From Macrostomum lignano (taxonomy: Eukaryota): a stretch of 64,000 bases of DNA. The translations under genes were made by a program, and so were the position numbers. The notes under the pieces were generated by a model that was given only the letters and a program-made list of their open reading frames with translations, was not told the DNA's origin and did no database searches. Every line of letters starts with the position of its first letter. The stretch's first letter is position 1. Shown piece after piece: positions 37,500 through 49,027 of this stretch. The stretch lies in NCBI GenBank assembly GCA_002269645.1, contig NIVC01000184.1, positions 496,001 through 560,000 of the forward strand, given 5' to 3'.

Positions 37500-38198
37500 C
37501 AAGGACGACTTAAGTAGAAGGACGGGAAACCTCGTTTCTTAGAAAAGTTTTGAAGGCACTTTTTCCCGAAAAAATACACTACGGAGATAGAAAGTTTTCA
37601 TTTTTTCAGCACAAAAATTGTTATTGCGTTTGATAGGAGGCAGATACAGTGTTCATATTTTGATATGTTGTGCCTTTTTATTGCTCTATCGATATTTATA
37701 AAGCTTTTCGTTCAGGAAATTAGGATTCTATGTTAATTTTTTATTCTTCGTATATTTTCGCGTGTCTTGTGCTTGAAATACATTAGAATGCCACGGCTCG
37801 GCTCTTTGGTTTTATGAGTCTATTTTATCATTCTTACCCGACTGTGTAGCAAATATTTGTAACAGAGATGATAAAATAGGTTCATAAAACCAAATATTGG
37901 AGCTGTGTCATACATTTTTGTGATTTTTAGATACAGGAAATATACGTAGAATCAAAAATTAACATAGAATCCTAGTTTTCTGAACGAAAAGCTTTATAAA
38001 TATCGATAGAGCAATAAAAAAGGCACAACATATCAAGAGATGAACACTGGATCTGCCTCCTATCAAACGCAAGAACATTTTTTGTGCTGAAAAAAATGAA
38101 AACTTTCTTATCTCTGTAGTGTATTTTTTCGGGAAAAAGTGCCTTCAAAACTTTTCTAAGAAACGAGGTTTCCCGTCCTTCTACTTAAGTCGTCCTTG
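37500..38198. mobile_element. 699-bp foldback MITE, termini CAAGG...CCTTG, 8-bp TSD AAAGAAAT (hAT- or P-type)
   Basis: Long near-perfect inverted arms begin CAAGGACGACTTAAGTAGAAGGACGGG. TSD copies are at 37492-37499 and 38199-38206. Confidence 0.92.
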
Positions 38199-39161
38199 AA
38201 AGAAATACGATACACGCGATTCTACGAATCACACTGTCACACTTAACTTTGTAAAATAAACCTGGCAAAACAGGCTCCTTAAGCCTGAGCCAAATTTACT
38301 ACTACTACTAACTTCTTGAAGTCAAACACAGAATATTCGTTGTGATGACAGACGGATGAATGCGTCCTTGCTTGGTGGGTGCAATGCGCCTTAATTTAAT
38401 TCATATATTTGTAATAAAAGTAATTAGATTTATTATTTAAACTGGATGGACTTGAATCCTGGAAACTACGCTACAGCCGCTACTCCTACAACTACTACAG
38501 CGCCTAGAAGAAAAAACCCTAACACCAAACACAGCGCATTCGCGTTTCAAATACGATAGGGATTAACATACAGTAAAACAATAGTAATTAAGTACGTACA
38601 GTAAGTATCGCGGAAATAGGAAACTTACTACTGAATAAATACTGACTAAATAATAACACAATAATATTCAAGAACGCCGGATACATCATAAAAAGTGCGG
38701 AGATTCAATTGATACATAAAATTACTTTACAATTTTAGGAGCCTGATTTATACTGAACAACCACACGTCCACACCGTCATCATCCCTAATGTATCGACTG
38801 CATATCCTTTGCCGAAATGGGCTGCACCCTAATTAGGAACTATGAGTAGGCCTATTATGTAAACTTAGTCTTAATCTCATAAGGTGGAGTCCCTAATTGT
38901 CCCCTTGCCTGTTTTCTCCTATGTCCTCTATCATAGGTCCAATTTTTGTAACTTTTTCTGCCAAATTCAGCTTCCTCTAGTGTCACTCTGAGAAAAATGA
39001 TTTGTGTAGGCCTAATGTGTACACAGGGAACATATGTTATTTGGGCTCCTCTTTATAAGGGTAAGTTGACAGCCCTTTATTCTTAGAGAATTTTACATTT
39101 TGTTGGAAAATTAAAATGGGCCCTAACCATTGTTTGAATTACTTTTACACTATCTGTTAGG

Positions 39162-39553
39162 TAGAGGTTGGATGGGATCCCGATCCCAATCACAAAATCT
39201 CGGGATCCCAAGAAAAATTAAATTCCCGCGGGACCAGAATCCCGACCCTAAAAAACTTGAGATTTGGGAATAGGTCTTTCGATTCATAATTTATAGAATT
39301 AGGCCCTAGTGATTACTTGAAGGTATTTTGCTTTAACTTGTACTTGTTACATTATTTACTTTGTTGGTTACAAAACTTCATATCAATTTTGTTGTGTTTT
39401 ACTTCTTGATCTTGACAATCTTTTCTCAATTTTGTTTAACTTTACATGGATAATACACTAAAAGACCTGATCCAAATCCCGATCCCGATCCCAAGAAAAA
39501 AATTATTCCCAATCCCGATCCTGCCCGAAGATTTCAATCTTGTCCGACCTCTT
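39162..39553. mobile_element. hAT-type MITE, 392 bp, TIR TAGAGGTTGGA/TCCGACCTCTT, 8-bp TSD CTGTTAGG
   Basis: TSD copies are at 39154-39161 and 39554-39561. Subterminal CCCGATCCC repeats are present. Confidence 0.85.
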
Positions 39554-39739
39554 CTGTTAGGCTAGGCCTACTTCTATTGAATCAATAGCTTGGCCTAGGG
39601 GTAGTAAGTCAATTTGCCAGAAGTTGATTTTCCAAAAGTCAATTTGCCACAAGTTGTTTTGCTAAACAAATAAAGAAATGAAATAGTAAATGTTAGATTT
39701 GAAACATTAAAATCCATTGTTTGGAAGGCAACATGTATG

Positions 39740-40310
39740 CCATAGTCCGGATGGTGTAATGTGGTACGCCGGAAGGAAAAAGGAGGATTCCCAAGTGGTA
39801 CGCCAGTGGTATGCCAAAAGAAAGACGTGGGGGTCCCTTTGAAAATGGTTTCGACTTTGTAAATGGTAAAAATATGGCGGACAAACTTTAACAATTATTA
39901 AAAAATAACAGATATAATCAGTGCTCAGAAATTTATTTACCAATAATACTAGGCTAAATTATTTTATTAATATATTTATAAAATGATTAATCAAGTTATA
40001 CAATGTAGGAAAAATATATGCAATTTTTTATGTAAAATACATTGTCGTGTGATGTAGTCGTATCTTGTATGTCCTAATTTACGCAAAATTACAAAAAGTT
40101 TTTACTCTGGCAACGATTTTTTTGCCTGGTGGTGCCAATGGTACGCTAAAAGTGGTACGCCAATTCAACTTCAGCTTGGTGGTACGCCAAAGGTGGTACG
40201 CCAAATGCTTTTTTGAATCGGTGGTACGCCAATGGTGGTACGCCAATTTTTCGGAAAACTCATTTGGTACGCCGGAAATCTCGGCATACCAGTCACCTTC
40301 CGGAGTATGG
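39740..40310. mobile_element. 571-bp MITE with CCATA...TATGG termini, subterminal TGGTACGCC repeats and 8-bp TSD CATGTATG
   Basis: The TIRs match at 15 of 17 positions. TSD copies are at 39732-39739 and 40311-40318. Superfamily is unclear. Confidence 0.78.
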
Positions 40311-41009
40311 CATGTATGCTAGGATCTAGTAAACTAGTAAAAGAAAGTACTAGGCCTAATATGAAATACTAGGCCTAGGCCCTAATGCTAATAATACTGG
40401 GGGCTAATATTAATAGTATTATCTATGATTCTATAGGCCTACCCTATATAAATTAAAACTTTATTTATATACAAATTTTGGTCATTTTAGACTCACAAAC
40501 TGCTCAACCAAATTATTCCAAATGTTGCACCCACCCTGGCTAAACTCACTATAGGCCTAGAAAATGTTTTAGACTTAGGCTGCCTTAATGAAATTTCTTA
40601 AATCCAAGTCTTCCTATCTAAGAATGCAAAAAACTTTTCAAAATGTGCAATTTTTTCACTAAATCCTCTATAGTGCTGTTGCAGTTTATCAATCATCTTC
40701 AAATTTGATATAATTTAAGTTTATACTATTTTGATGCAGTTGTTGTTGTTTACACAAGTAATTAGGTTTCTTGTAGGAAGATATATATTTGTCAAATATT
40801 AAAGGTGTGATTGATTTGAAGGCGGTCTGAGCTGCGGTCTGTATGGGTGCCATAGACTATTAATTGAGTGAGACACAACTGAGTTTGAACTAAAAGCGCA
40901 AGGCTGCAAATTAAAGGGAAACATTGGAGGATAAGAATCCAACAGTTGTGAATTGAATAAAATTTGGAGTCTCAAAGTTAATTTAGATTGGTGCTATATA
41001 CTTTTAAAG

Positions 41010-41216
41010 CAGTGGCATAGCCAAGAATTTCAATTAGAGGACAGAGTTGGCCTGGCTAGCAATGCCTTATACCACTTATACTTTTGGCATTGTAGGCATT
41101 TATTTTAATGTTGTAGGCACTTATTTTAGTGCCACAGGCACTCAATTGCCTCTTGGTTTTTGGTATCCCCCATGCCTAACCCTATTCCCTGGCCCTTCTC
41201 CCTGGCTATGCCACTG
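41010..41216. mobile_element. hAT (Charlie-like) MITE, 207 bp, perfect 14-bp TIR CAGTGGCATAGCCA, 8-bp TSD TTTTAAAG
   Basis: TSD copies are at 41002-41009 and 41217-41224. Confidence 0.9.
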
Positions 41217-42419
41217 TTTTAAAGTTAATCTGCTTTTTACCAACATAGCAACAACCCTAATCTCTGCCTTTCTCTTTTCTTTATTTGTCCAGATATATAA
41301 AAAGGGTTTTAAATTGACTAACTTTTGGCTATTATAAGTTTGCTTTGCTTTATGTAAAGCAATTGATTTCAAACTTGATACAATTCTTCATTGACTTATT
41401 ATTTGTCTAAATATAAAGTTTGAACTCTCTTAACTCAATTAGGATAGAAACTAAACATATGAAGTTTGTCTGCTTTTTCTTATATTTGTGTTGCCTTTCT
41501 CATTCTTCACAAAAATTTTAGGTAATAGGGCTGAATATACATAGGTTTAAAATAAAATTTATTTAAAGTCTTCTTTGTACCTCTGTGGAGAGGCTACATT
41601 TAGCCATGACCATTTAGTGAAAAATTCTAACTGCTATCATCTGTATAGGCAACTCTTTAATAATATATGCCCAACCTCCAAATTTCACCTGTCTGATGCG
41701 ACTTAGGTTTGTCCACATTTGTGACTTAATTCCTCCTGATTGCAACTTAGTTCATCTTATTTGCAACTTAGTTTCCTTGATTGCAACTTAATGTTTACTT
41801 TGTATGACTTTTCTTGCCTTTTTTTCTTCTTTTCTCTTTCTCTTTCTCTCTCCTCTTATCTATCTCTCTCTTTCCCCTTTTTTCTTTTCCTTTTCTTTTC
41901 CTCCCCTTTTTTCTTCCCCCAAATTTGGTTTTTTGCATTTTCAATTTTGTAACTTACCTTGGCTGGTGGCCATTTCACCTGTCTAGTTTGGATGGGTCAG
42001 ACGGGTGTTGGGCATATATGTCTTTAATGGTTCAATAGTGGATGGCAAATCAAGGCAATGTAGCATTGGAATAGTTTGTAAAAGTGAAAGATTGATGCAA
42101 AAGTAATGCAATTTAATATAATCCTACTAAATTAGTTACACAATCAAAATTGTAACATTTTAGTTTATAGTTCCTAAATGAAATTTAAATGCCTTCAAAG
42201 TAATGTATATTTCCTTCATTGTTAAAATGCTGCCATGGAGCTAGCAATATACAAATTCCTCTCAGGCTACTAGTTGGCTAGAAAGATAACCTGTTAAAGG
42301 GGTTAGCAAATGGCTAAAAAATGCAATAACCATCCCACAAACTAAATGGCTTTCAAAGCAGGGATTGGCAAACTTTTATTTCAACTGCCAGACAAAGAGT
42401 CTAACTCATGACTGTAGGC

Positions 42420-43170
42420 TAGATAAAAGTAGAAAGGAGAGGGAATAGATGTTTAGAAAAGGGAGAAGCAAGAAGAGAGGGTAAAGATAAGAATTGGAGG
42501 AGAAAAGGGAGAAGGAGAAGAGATAAGAGAGTAAAAAGAAAAATATAGAGGAGAAAAGGTAGAGGAGAGAAAAGATAAGAGAGTAGAGATATGCGAGCAG
42601 AGTCGAGAAAGAAGCAACAATATAAGAGGGAAAAGAGATATTATAGTAAAAGGGAAGAAGAGAGAAAACAGAGGAAAGATAAGATAGTAAAGATAAAAGA
42701 GATGAAAGAAGAGATGAGAGATTAGGAGAAAAGAAAGATGAGATGGAAAGAGTAAAGAAGAGAGAAGAGAAGAGAAGAGATGAGAAAGGAAAGAATAGTT
42801 AGAAGAGGGGAAGGAAAAGAATACAAAGGATAGAGGTAAGAGAACTGATTAGAGAGTAAAGATGATAGAAGAAAAGAGGGAAATGAGAGAAAGAGACAAG
42901 AGTGAAAAGATAAGAAGAGAGAAAAAAGGAAAGACAAGGGAACAATAGAGAGAGAGAGGGGAGAGATAGGAAAAGAAAAAAAGGGGAGAGAAGCAATAAA
43001 AAGAGCAGAGACTAAAATAGATAAGGGAGATAAAAAGAGAAGAGAAGTGTTAAAGCAGAAAGAGAAGAGAGAAGACAAAATGATTCATGATCTAAGTAAA
43101 GAAAATAGAGAGGAAAAAGTAGACATGAGATAAGTTTCAAAGAATCCAAGGAATAGAAAAAGAGACAAAG
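42420..43170 (+). repeat. Low-complexity polypurine (GA-rich) tract
   Basis: Almost purely A/G on the + strand for ~750 bp. Confidence 0.9.
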
Positions 43171-43806
43171 GCCAGAGTTTGCCAGCATGTACTTTCAACA
43201 TAAATTTATAGTTTAGATAGACTCATTCTGCATGGCACTCCTAGCCAACAAGATCAATGCTTGCCTCAAATCTTAATTTAATAAAAATTTGTATTTTATC
43301 TCTATCCTATCTATTAACAAGTTTTTGTTTGAGTATGACTTTAAATTGTAGATTTTTTCTAAAAATAGTTCTGATAATTGAAGCTCAGCTAGTTTAAAAT
43401 CCTGGGGTTTCAAAAGCTTATATTCTTATATCATAAATAAGGCACTATTAAATACTGATAGAATAAATAAACTATATTATTCTTTTTACATCCTGACTAT
43501 ATTAAAATACATGATATAGGCACTATTGCTATTGAATTTAATGTAATTAAATGTTGTATAAAGTTATAAGATATAGATATAGATTCAAAATATATGTTAT
43601 ATCTAGGAAACAAAATTAGAATATAATTTAGCTATAGCTACCAGTATGGATATGGCAAAGTTATAGCTATAATGAATATATGTAATATAGCTTATAGTCA
43701 TTGTTTTAAAAATGTTTTGATAAAAACTGCTATAAAATTTGAAATCAAAGCAAAATGTTAATAAATCTATTTTGCTTACAGCCAGCCATTATCTAGTTAA
43801 AAAATC

Positions 43807-46769
43807 ATGAGAAGCTTTCTAGAATGGACTCACTCTGGTGTGAACTTTAGTCTTGATGGAGCTGGAGGTCCTGGCTGTGTGAATTACCTGACCTGGGGAC
43901 AAAAAGCTAAAGAGACTATACCTTGTCTATGTGTGGCTATCATGCAGCTTTGGCTTGGACTGAGCTCAGTTCAAGTTAGACACAAACACAATGCTAATAC
44001 AGATCCCAGGTTGGGAAAAACATTGCTACTGCTATTTGGATCCGCACACATATTTGTGTTTGGTATTGAGATTGGTTTCAAGTTATCAACTGGCACTTTG
44101 ATCTGGCTTTTCAACCCATGCCATGTTATTACTATCATTCAGGTACGTGAAATGCACTGTTTAGACTATTGTTAAAATGTAGTAGAAATCTGAGAAACTG
44201 AGTTACTAAGTAGATAGGAAATTTATTCATAGTGCAAAACTGGATCAGATCATGACAATAATACATTGATTTGGGAACTGTGTTAGATGATGTAGATTAT
44301 GGGGATTGGGGAACTGGGTTAGATGATGGGGATTTGGGAACTGGGTTAGATAATGAGGATTTGGGAGCTGGGTTAGATTATGGGGATTTGGGAACTGGGT
44401 TAGATGATGGGGATTTGGGAACTGGGTTAGATGATAGGGATTTGAGAACTGGGTTAGATAATGGAGATTTAAGAACTTGGTTAGATAATGAGGATTTGGG
44501 AACTGGGTTAGATGATGGGGATTTGAGAACTGGGTTAGATAATGGGGATTTGGGAACTGTGTTAGATAATGGGGATTTGGGAACTGTGTTAGATAATGGG
44601 GATTTTGGGAACTGTGTTAGATAATGGGGATTTGGGAACTGTGTTAGATAATGGGGATTTGGGAACTGGGTTAGATGATGGGGATTTGGAAACTGGGTTA
44701 GATGAAGATGAAAATAGGGATTAAGGAATCGGGCTGGATGTCGTGGTTGATGATGAGGATGATAAGGATTAAGGAATCGGGCTGGATGATGATGGAGATA
44801 ATAGGGATTAAGGAATTGGTCTGGATGATGAAGATAATAGGAATTGGGCTGGATGATGATGAAGATGATAGGGATTAAGGAATTGGGCTGGATTATGAAG
44901 ATGATAGGGATTAAGGAATTGGGCTGGATTATGAAGATGATAGGGATTAAGTAATTGGGCTGGATTATGAAGATGATAGGGATTAAGTAATTGGGCTGGA
45001 TGAAGATGAAGATGATAGGGATTAAGGAATTGGGCTGGATTATGAAGATAATAAGAATTGGGCTGGATGATGATGAAGATGATAGGGATTAAGGAATTGG
45101 GCTGGATTATGAAGATGATAGGGATTAAGGAATTGGGCTGGATTATGAAGATGATAGGGATTAAGGAATTGGGCTGGATTATAAAGCCGATAAAAGACGG
45201 TGTAAATATTCTTATGATATGATGAAAAGACTAGTCCTAAAAGTTGTACCTAAATCTGCGAATTTCGTATCGCTTTGCTCCCACACAGATTACACTATTA
45301 ATATTGCCAAAGTCTTCACTCTCTGTTGGCCTGTTCCGGTCAATGATTCATTTATTGAACGGCCCTTTGCTGGCATTGCTACTGCCAGTAGTCAATACTA
45401 GGCTTGTAAGTTGATTTCGTATATATCAACGGGAGTTTAATTGTTCATATTTTTTAGTATGGTCAACGCTGAATGTTCAAAATTTATCACAATTTTTAGT
45501 TGCCTGGCGAAGTGGTTATCTATTACTTGCAGCACGTATTGATATTGACAGTTCCGCTTTGTATGCTTCTTACTGGTGAGTTCTGCCTCTCAATTGTTCA
45601 TTGCATTATTCCATCAGATTTAAAGTGTTTTTTGATTCAAATAGTTTTATTTGTTTTTTCTTCAGGCAAGTTTACTACGGAACCGCTTCTGGACTTCTCT
45701 TGGGTGACACTTTCTCAATCTATGCAGAGTATTTATCATTTTACTGTGCTCCAACCCATATCGTCTGTGAGTGCTTTATGTACTTTTGTTATCCCTTGTT
45801 AGCTATTACTTTGTCCTGAATCCGCCTTTATCTGCCCCTCTGCAAAAATCGGTCCTTATCCTCCCTGCCCAAAATCGGCCCTTATCATCTGCCCCCTGCC
45901 CATAATCGGCCCTTATCTGCCCCCTGCCCATAATCGGCCCTTATCTGCCCCCCTGCCCAAAATCGGCCCTTATCATCTGCCCCCTGCCCATAATCGGCCC
46001 TTATCTGCCCCTGCCCATAATCGGCCCTTATCTGCCCCCCTGCCCATAATCGGCCCTTATCTGCCCCCTGCCCATAATCGGCCCTTATCTGCCCCCCTGC
46101 CCATAATCGGCCCTTATCTGCCCCCTGCCCATATTCGGCCCTTATTTGTCCCTGGCCATATTCGGCCCTTATCTGCCCCCTGCCCATATTCGGGCCTTAT
46201 CTGCCCCCTGCCCATAATCGGCCCTTATCTGCCCCCTGCCTATAATCGGCCCTTATCCGCCCCCTCCATGGCAAGAATCGGCCCTCATTCGCCCCCTGTC
46301 AAGAATCGGATTTTATCCGCCTCTGTCAAAAGTCGGCCCTTATCCGCCCCTCCCTATGCCAAGAAAATATCCGCTATCCACCACCGCCAAGCGAACATCA
46401 GCTCCATCCGCCATAAAACGTGACTATCTATAATTATCACTCCAGCACAATGTCCCCAACCCGCAGGTCACAATGGTTAATCTTGACAGCATATTGTGCC
46501 CAGCAATATCCGACCCGTTTCGAGGCCACCACTACCGCCTGTGGGCGGTATTTCATCAGATGCTACAGGTCACTGTGCAGGGCAAATGTCTTACATGTAT
46601 TTACCATTTGTTGCTAGTGTTATTGGTTATTTCATCCAGATATTCCCGTCATCAGTATGCTAAATTAGAAGATGCTACTACTAGTACTACTAATGCATCG
46701 TCTAAAAAAACTGACAATCTGACTGCTGCCGATTATCATAATGCTTTAAGCGACAACAAGACCAATTAG
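43807..46769 (+). CDS. TMEM164: TMEM164 (multi-pass ether-phospholipid acyltransferase family), 5 exons, 310 aa
   Basis: Exons 43807-44142, 45289-45405, 45500-45575, 45666-45766 and 46467-46769 are phase-consistent (933 nt). Motifs [29 protein letters not shown] and [11 protein letters not shown] match TMEM164. Confidence 0.95.
44268..45182. repeat. Compound intronic minisatellite: 27-bp GATAATGGGGATTTGGGAACTGGGTTA followed by 36-bp GGATTATGAAGATGATAGGGATTAAGGAATTGGGCT
   Basis: Direct inspection; lies in TMEM164 intron 1. Confidence 0.95.
45822..46370. repeat. C-rich ~27-bp intronic minisatellite ATCGGCCCTTATCTGCCCCCTGCCCATA
   Basis: Direct inspection; lies in TMEM164 intron 4. Confidence 0.95.
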
Positions 46770-47089
46770 ACTATTTGCCTGTATAAATATCTTACCTAAT
46801 TTGTCTTACCAAAATATTTATCCTGTTGGTTTGCTGATAGATTGCTATAATTCTATAAATATGTCACTGGCAAAAAATGCGCCTATCTACTCATCTTCAA
46901 TAGCAAAATTAGCAATTTTTGCCTTCATGCTAGTAAAATTTAACAAGATATTTCAAGTATTTCAGTCTGCAGCAGACCCATTCACTTAGCATCTTCATCC
47001 TGTTTCAAACTTTACCGTAATCCAGTACGTATGCACAGCGAGCAAAAAGAGAAAAAGCCAATAAATAGTTTGAGATTTCCTCTTGCCCG

Positions 47090-47520
47090 CTTGTGTCTGA
47101 CTTTGCCTTCTCTCTCCTTACTGCTCCCTCATTTAAGAGTCAGATTGGACCTGCCCCCCCCCCTAGGCGTCCGTCTCATTTGACCTCTGTCCTTACTGCT
47201 CTCTCATTGGCTGAGCTGATTGGGCCTGCCCCCTAGGATGAATTTCGCCCGTCTGACTTTGACCTCTCTCCTTACTGCTCTCTCATTGGCTGAGCTGATT
47301 GGGCCTGCCCCCTAGGATGAATTTCGCCCGTCTGACTTTGACCTCTCTCCTTACTGCTCTCTCATTGGCTGAGCTGATTGGGCCTGTCCCCTAGGATGAA
47401 TTTCGCCCGTCTGACTTTGACCTCTCTCCTTACTGCTCTCTCATTGGCTGAGCTGATTGGGCTTGCCCCTAGGCAGAGTTTCGTTCCTCTGACTTTGACC
47501 TCTCTCCTGTTTCATTGGCT
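47090..47520 (+). repeat. ~76-bp CCAAT-containing tandem repeat, 4-5 copies
   Basis: Unit is CCCCTAGGATGAATTTCGCCCGTCTGACTTTGACCTCTCTCCTTACTGCTCTCTCATTGGCTGAGCTGATTGGGCCTG. Confidence 0.92.
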
Positions 47521-48346
47521 AAGCTATATTGATCCTGCATGTCATTTCCAATCTAGGCGCTGTGGTTGCAAACTAGTTAGGATGTAACAAATTCCAGTTA
47601 TTTTTTAGTCTTCAGGTCCTCTTTCTATCAGTAGTGCAGGATAAAAAGTTACAATTAACTTACTAATTAGGTGAGGCAAAGGCGAATTTGCTAGCGTATT
47701 TCCAACTGCTTCTATTTCTTTCATTTTTAACTTTTTTTTTTGATAAAGTTTCATCTCCGCTAGTCAGTTAGCAGATAAAAAAATTGCCTTGATTTATTAT
47801 ATAGATTTATTATGTACATTTGCGTAATTTTTTGGTGTTGTTTATGATATATGATTTGCTGCTGTTCCCAGTAAATTTAAATCGGATATTTCCTTCATTG
47901 GATATTTATGTTACTCCTGTAGCAGATGGTTGCAACCATCTATGTTATGTACGTACTTAACTTAAAGCAGTTTAATTAGACAGAAATTATGACAAATTAT
48001 TCTCAAGAGAGAATTAAGTCACATTGGTACTGTGATGTATTTTTCTAATGCAACAGCTGTTTGTTTAGTTAAAGTTTGGGCTTAATTTCTATTCTTATTG
48101 GAAATTAATTTTTGTTATGCAAACAAATTTGTCTACACAGCACGTTTGGTTACACAGTTTCATGTTATTAAATACTAATTATGCTTAGATTTTGCGCACG
48201 ATATCTTTTTTGGGCCATATATTTCTAATTTTTATGAGAATTCTACTTTGCGTACGTAGCCCACCTGCACAAAATTATTCACTTTTAACTTTTCACTTTT
48301 TTGTCAAAAAAACATGCGATCGTTTTGTTTTATTTCATGGTGGCAA

Positions 48347-48915
48347 TCTAGAGAGATCTAGAGAGACAGCTGTGACCATCTGGGAGTCTAGAGAGACAGC
48401 TGTGACCATCTGGGAGTCTAGAGAGACAGCTGTGGCCATCTGGGAGTCTAGAGAGACAGCTGTGGCCATCTGAGAGTCTAGAGAGACAGCTGTGGCCATC
48501 TGGGAGTCTAGAGAGACAGCTGTGGCCATCTGGGAGTCTAGAGAGACAGCTGTGGCCATCTGAGAGTCTAGAGAGACAGCTGTGGCCATCTGGGAGTCTA
48601 GAGAGACAGCTGTGGCCATCTGGGAGTCTAGAGAGACAGCTGTGACCATCTGGGAGTCTAGAGAGACAGCTGTGGCCATCTGAGAGTCTAGAGAGACAGC
48701 TGTGGCCATCTGAGAGTCTAGAGAGACAGCTGTGGCCATCTGGGAGTCTAGAGAGACAGCTGTGGCCATCTGGGAGTCTAGAGAGACAGCTGTGGCCATC
48801 TGGGAGTCTAGAGAGACAGCTGTGGCCATCTGAGAGTCTAGAGAGACAGCTGTGGCCATCTGAGAGTCTAGAGAGACAGCTGTGGCCATCTGGGAGTCTA
48901 GAGAGACAGCTGTGA
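48347..48915. repeat. 30-bp minisatellite TCTAGAGAGACAGCTGTGGCCATCTGGGAG, ~19 copies, ending ~110 bp upstream of MRPL15
   Basis: Direct inspection. Confidence 0.98.
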
Positions 48916-49027
48916 CATTATCCCAGCATGAGTCTAGAGAGACAAAAGTACATGTAATACTTTTGCTAATACAAAAATAAGTTCACAACACACTGATTCA
49001 TGCCGGGCGAATTCAGCAAAAGTGATT

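Noticed and set aside
38341-38420. GTGATGA C-box suggesting a C/D snoRNA
   Set aside because: No CTGA D-box or terminal stem at a suitable distance.
44271-44624. DDGDLGTGL repeat ORF resembling a calcium-binding or ice-nucleation repeat
   Set aside because: It lies in TMEM164 intron 1 and is the 27-bp minisatellite.
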